A DNA stretch of 64,000 nt, from positions 62,001-126,000 of the forward strand of contig NC_073389.1 in the NCBI RefSeq assembly GCF_028641065.1. Direction: 5' to 3'. Positions 62,986 to 64,000 of the stretch are shown piece by piece. How positions within the stretch are numbered: position 1 is the stretch's first letter; every line of letters starts with the position of its first letter. The position numbers and the translations under genes are program-made. The notes under the pieces were generated by a model. It saw only the letters and a list, made by a program, of their open reading frames with translations, had not been told where the DNA came from and did not search any database. Source of the DNA: Leucoraja erinacea (lineage: Eukaryota).

Positions 62986-63132
62986 GATAATGTTTCAATA
63001 AACAATGAAAATCTGCATTATGCGCCTGTTTATTTCAACAAGGGACAGCGAAGACAGGAATTGAGATGGACCGAGCAATCCCAAGAAACAGAATATGCCG
63101 TCTTAAAGGTCAAAGATAAAAATAATTTATGA
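62986..63132 (+). CDS. Gene B exon 6: terminal cytoplasmic exon with ITIM and ITSM-like motif
   Basis: Acceptor ttatttttctgttacag|GAT, phase 0. Translation DNVSINNENLHYAPVYFNKGQRRQELRWTEQSQETEYAVLKVKDKNNL-TGA. LHYAPV fits the ITIM consensus and TEYAVL is ITSM-like. The six exons sum to 1002 nt, an open 333-aa frame. Confidence 0.85.
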   Translation, partial: DNVSINNENLHYAPVYFNKGQRRQELRWTEQSQETEYAVLKVKDKNNL

Positions 63133-63151
63133 AGAGCCCATAACCCAGAGT

Positions 63152-63157
63152 AATAAA
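63152..63157 (+). terminator. Candidate polyadenylation signal of gene B
   Basis: AATAAA about 20 nt after the TGA stop; motif match only. Confidence 0.35.
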
Positions 63158-63354
63158 TTGTCCCTCTTCAACGAGACCACAAACTGATAATTATCATAAA
63201 ACCACACACTCTTCTCGCAAACAATATACGTAGAATATAAGAAACAGAAACTAGAGGCTGTAGCACAGCTTCTGAAACTTAATTCTCTATTCAATTACTT
63301 TCCTTAAGCTCGATCTGACTCGGCCTTGATCGCCTTCTCAGAGTTCCAAATGTT

Positions 63355-63735
63355 TAGCTTTATTATTGCCGTGTGTAGTGAGGTACAGTGAAAAGCTTTG
63401 TTTTGCATGCTATCCAATCAAATCAGATACTATTATACATACATCTGTAAATATAATGAAGTCAAATACAAGAGGTAGAGCAAAGGGGAAGATACAGAGT
63501 GCAGAATATAGTTCTCAGCATTGTAGCGCATCAGTCCAATGTCCGCAATGGGGTAGAGGTGAATTGGACAGTACCCTAGCTTATGAAAGGACCGTTCGGA
63601 AGCCTGATAACGGAGGGGAAGAAGCTGTTCCTGAATCTGTTGGTGTGCATTTTCAAGCTTCTGTACCTTCTGCCTGGGGAGCAGGGAGAAAAAGGAATGC
63701 TGGGGTGGGGCAAGTCTTTGATTATGTTGGCTGCC
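63355..63735 (-). mobile_element. Rex/Babar-type LINE 3' end fragment
   Basis: GRRYRSLKMHTNRFRNSFFPSVIRL on the minus strand plus a typical 3' UTR. Confidence 0.7.
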
Positions 63736-64000
63736 AAACCAATGAGCCCCACATCTCTACTTTCAGAAGAAGGGTTCCGACCCAAAACATCACCTTTTTG
63801 TTGTTCCAGAGACCCGCTGAGTTACCCCAGCACTTTGTATCTATCTAGAGCAGGGTCACACTGAAGATGGGTCTTGCCCTAAAACATCACCCATCCATGT
63901 CCTCCAGAGATGTTGCTTTGATAATATCAGGCATTTTGTGTGCCTGACAAAATGGAGGATTTCTGCTTCTGTAAAAACTGCTCGTCTTCTTTTGCAAAGT

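Noticed and set aside
42605-63132. Assigning the symbol NCR3, PDCD1 or SIRPA to gene B
   Set aside because: Each matches only part of the architecture; orthology needs phylogeny and synteny.

Overview
Repeat-rich vertebrate genomic DNA. The repeat set (HE1-type tRNA SINEs, abundant CR1, Penelope, Rex/Babar, L1, L2) points to a cartilaginous fish, probably a skate or ray; this is an inference. Two intron-containing immunoglobulin-superfamily genes lie in tandem on the + strand; the ORF track shows only parts of them. Gene A is a partial B7-family (B7-H4/VTCN1-like) gene. It has an IgV exon at 3806-4144 lacking the canonical F-strand Cys, an IgC exon at 8396-8659, and a candidate short terminal exon at 14965-15011 with no transmembrane segment. 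Its leader exon was not found in the window. Gene B is a complete six-exon, 333-aa receptor model (42605-63132): leader, germline-joined VJ-type V domain (NKp30/CTLA-4-like GNGT), C1-set domain, uncharged TM, and a tail with an ITIM (LHYAPV) and an ITSM-like motif (TEYAVL) whose tyrosines are 25 residues apart, as in PD-1. The main hypothesis is a linked B7 ligand / inhibitory VJ-C1 receptor pair. The rest of the window is nested transposons, many with exact TSDs: a solo LTR, a P/hAT-like MITE, hAT and Harbinger MITEs, a Tc1 remnant, a Penelope>L1>Penelope stack, tandem CR1-carrying non-autonomous Helitrons and a 2.1-kb foldback element. A CA-rich, N-containing block at about 29-37 kb looks like an assembly artefact.
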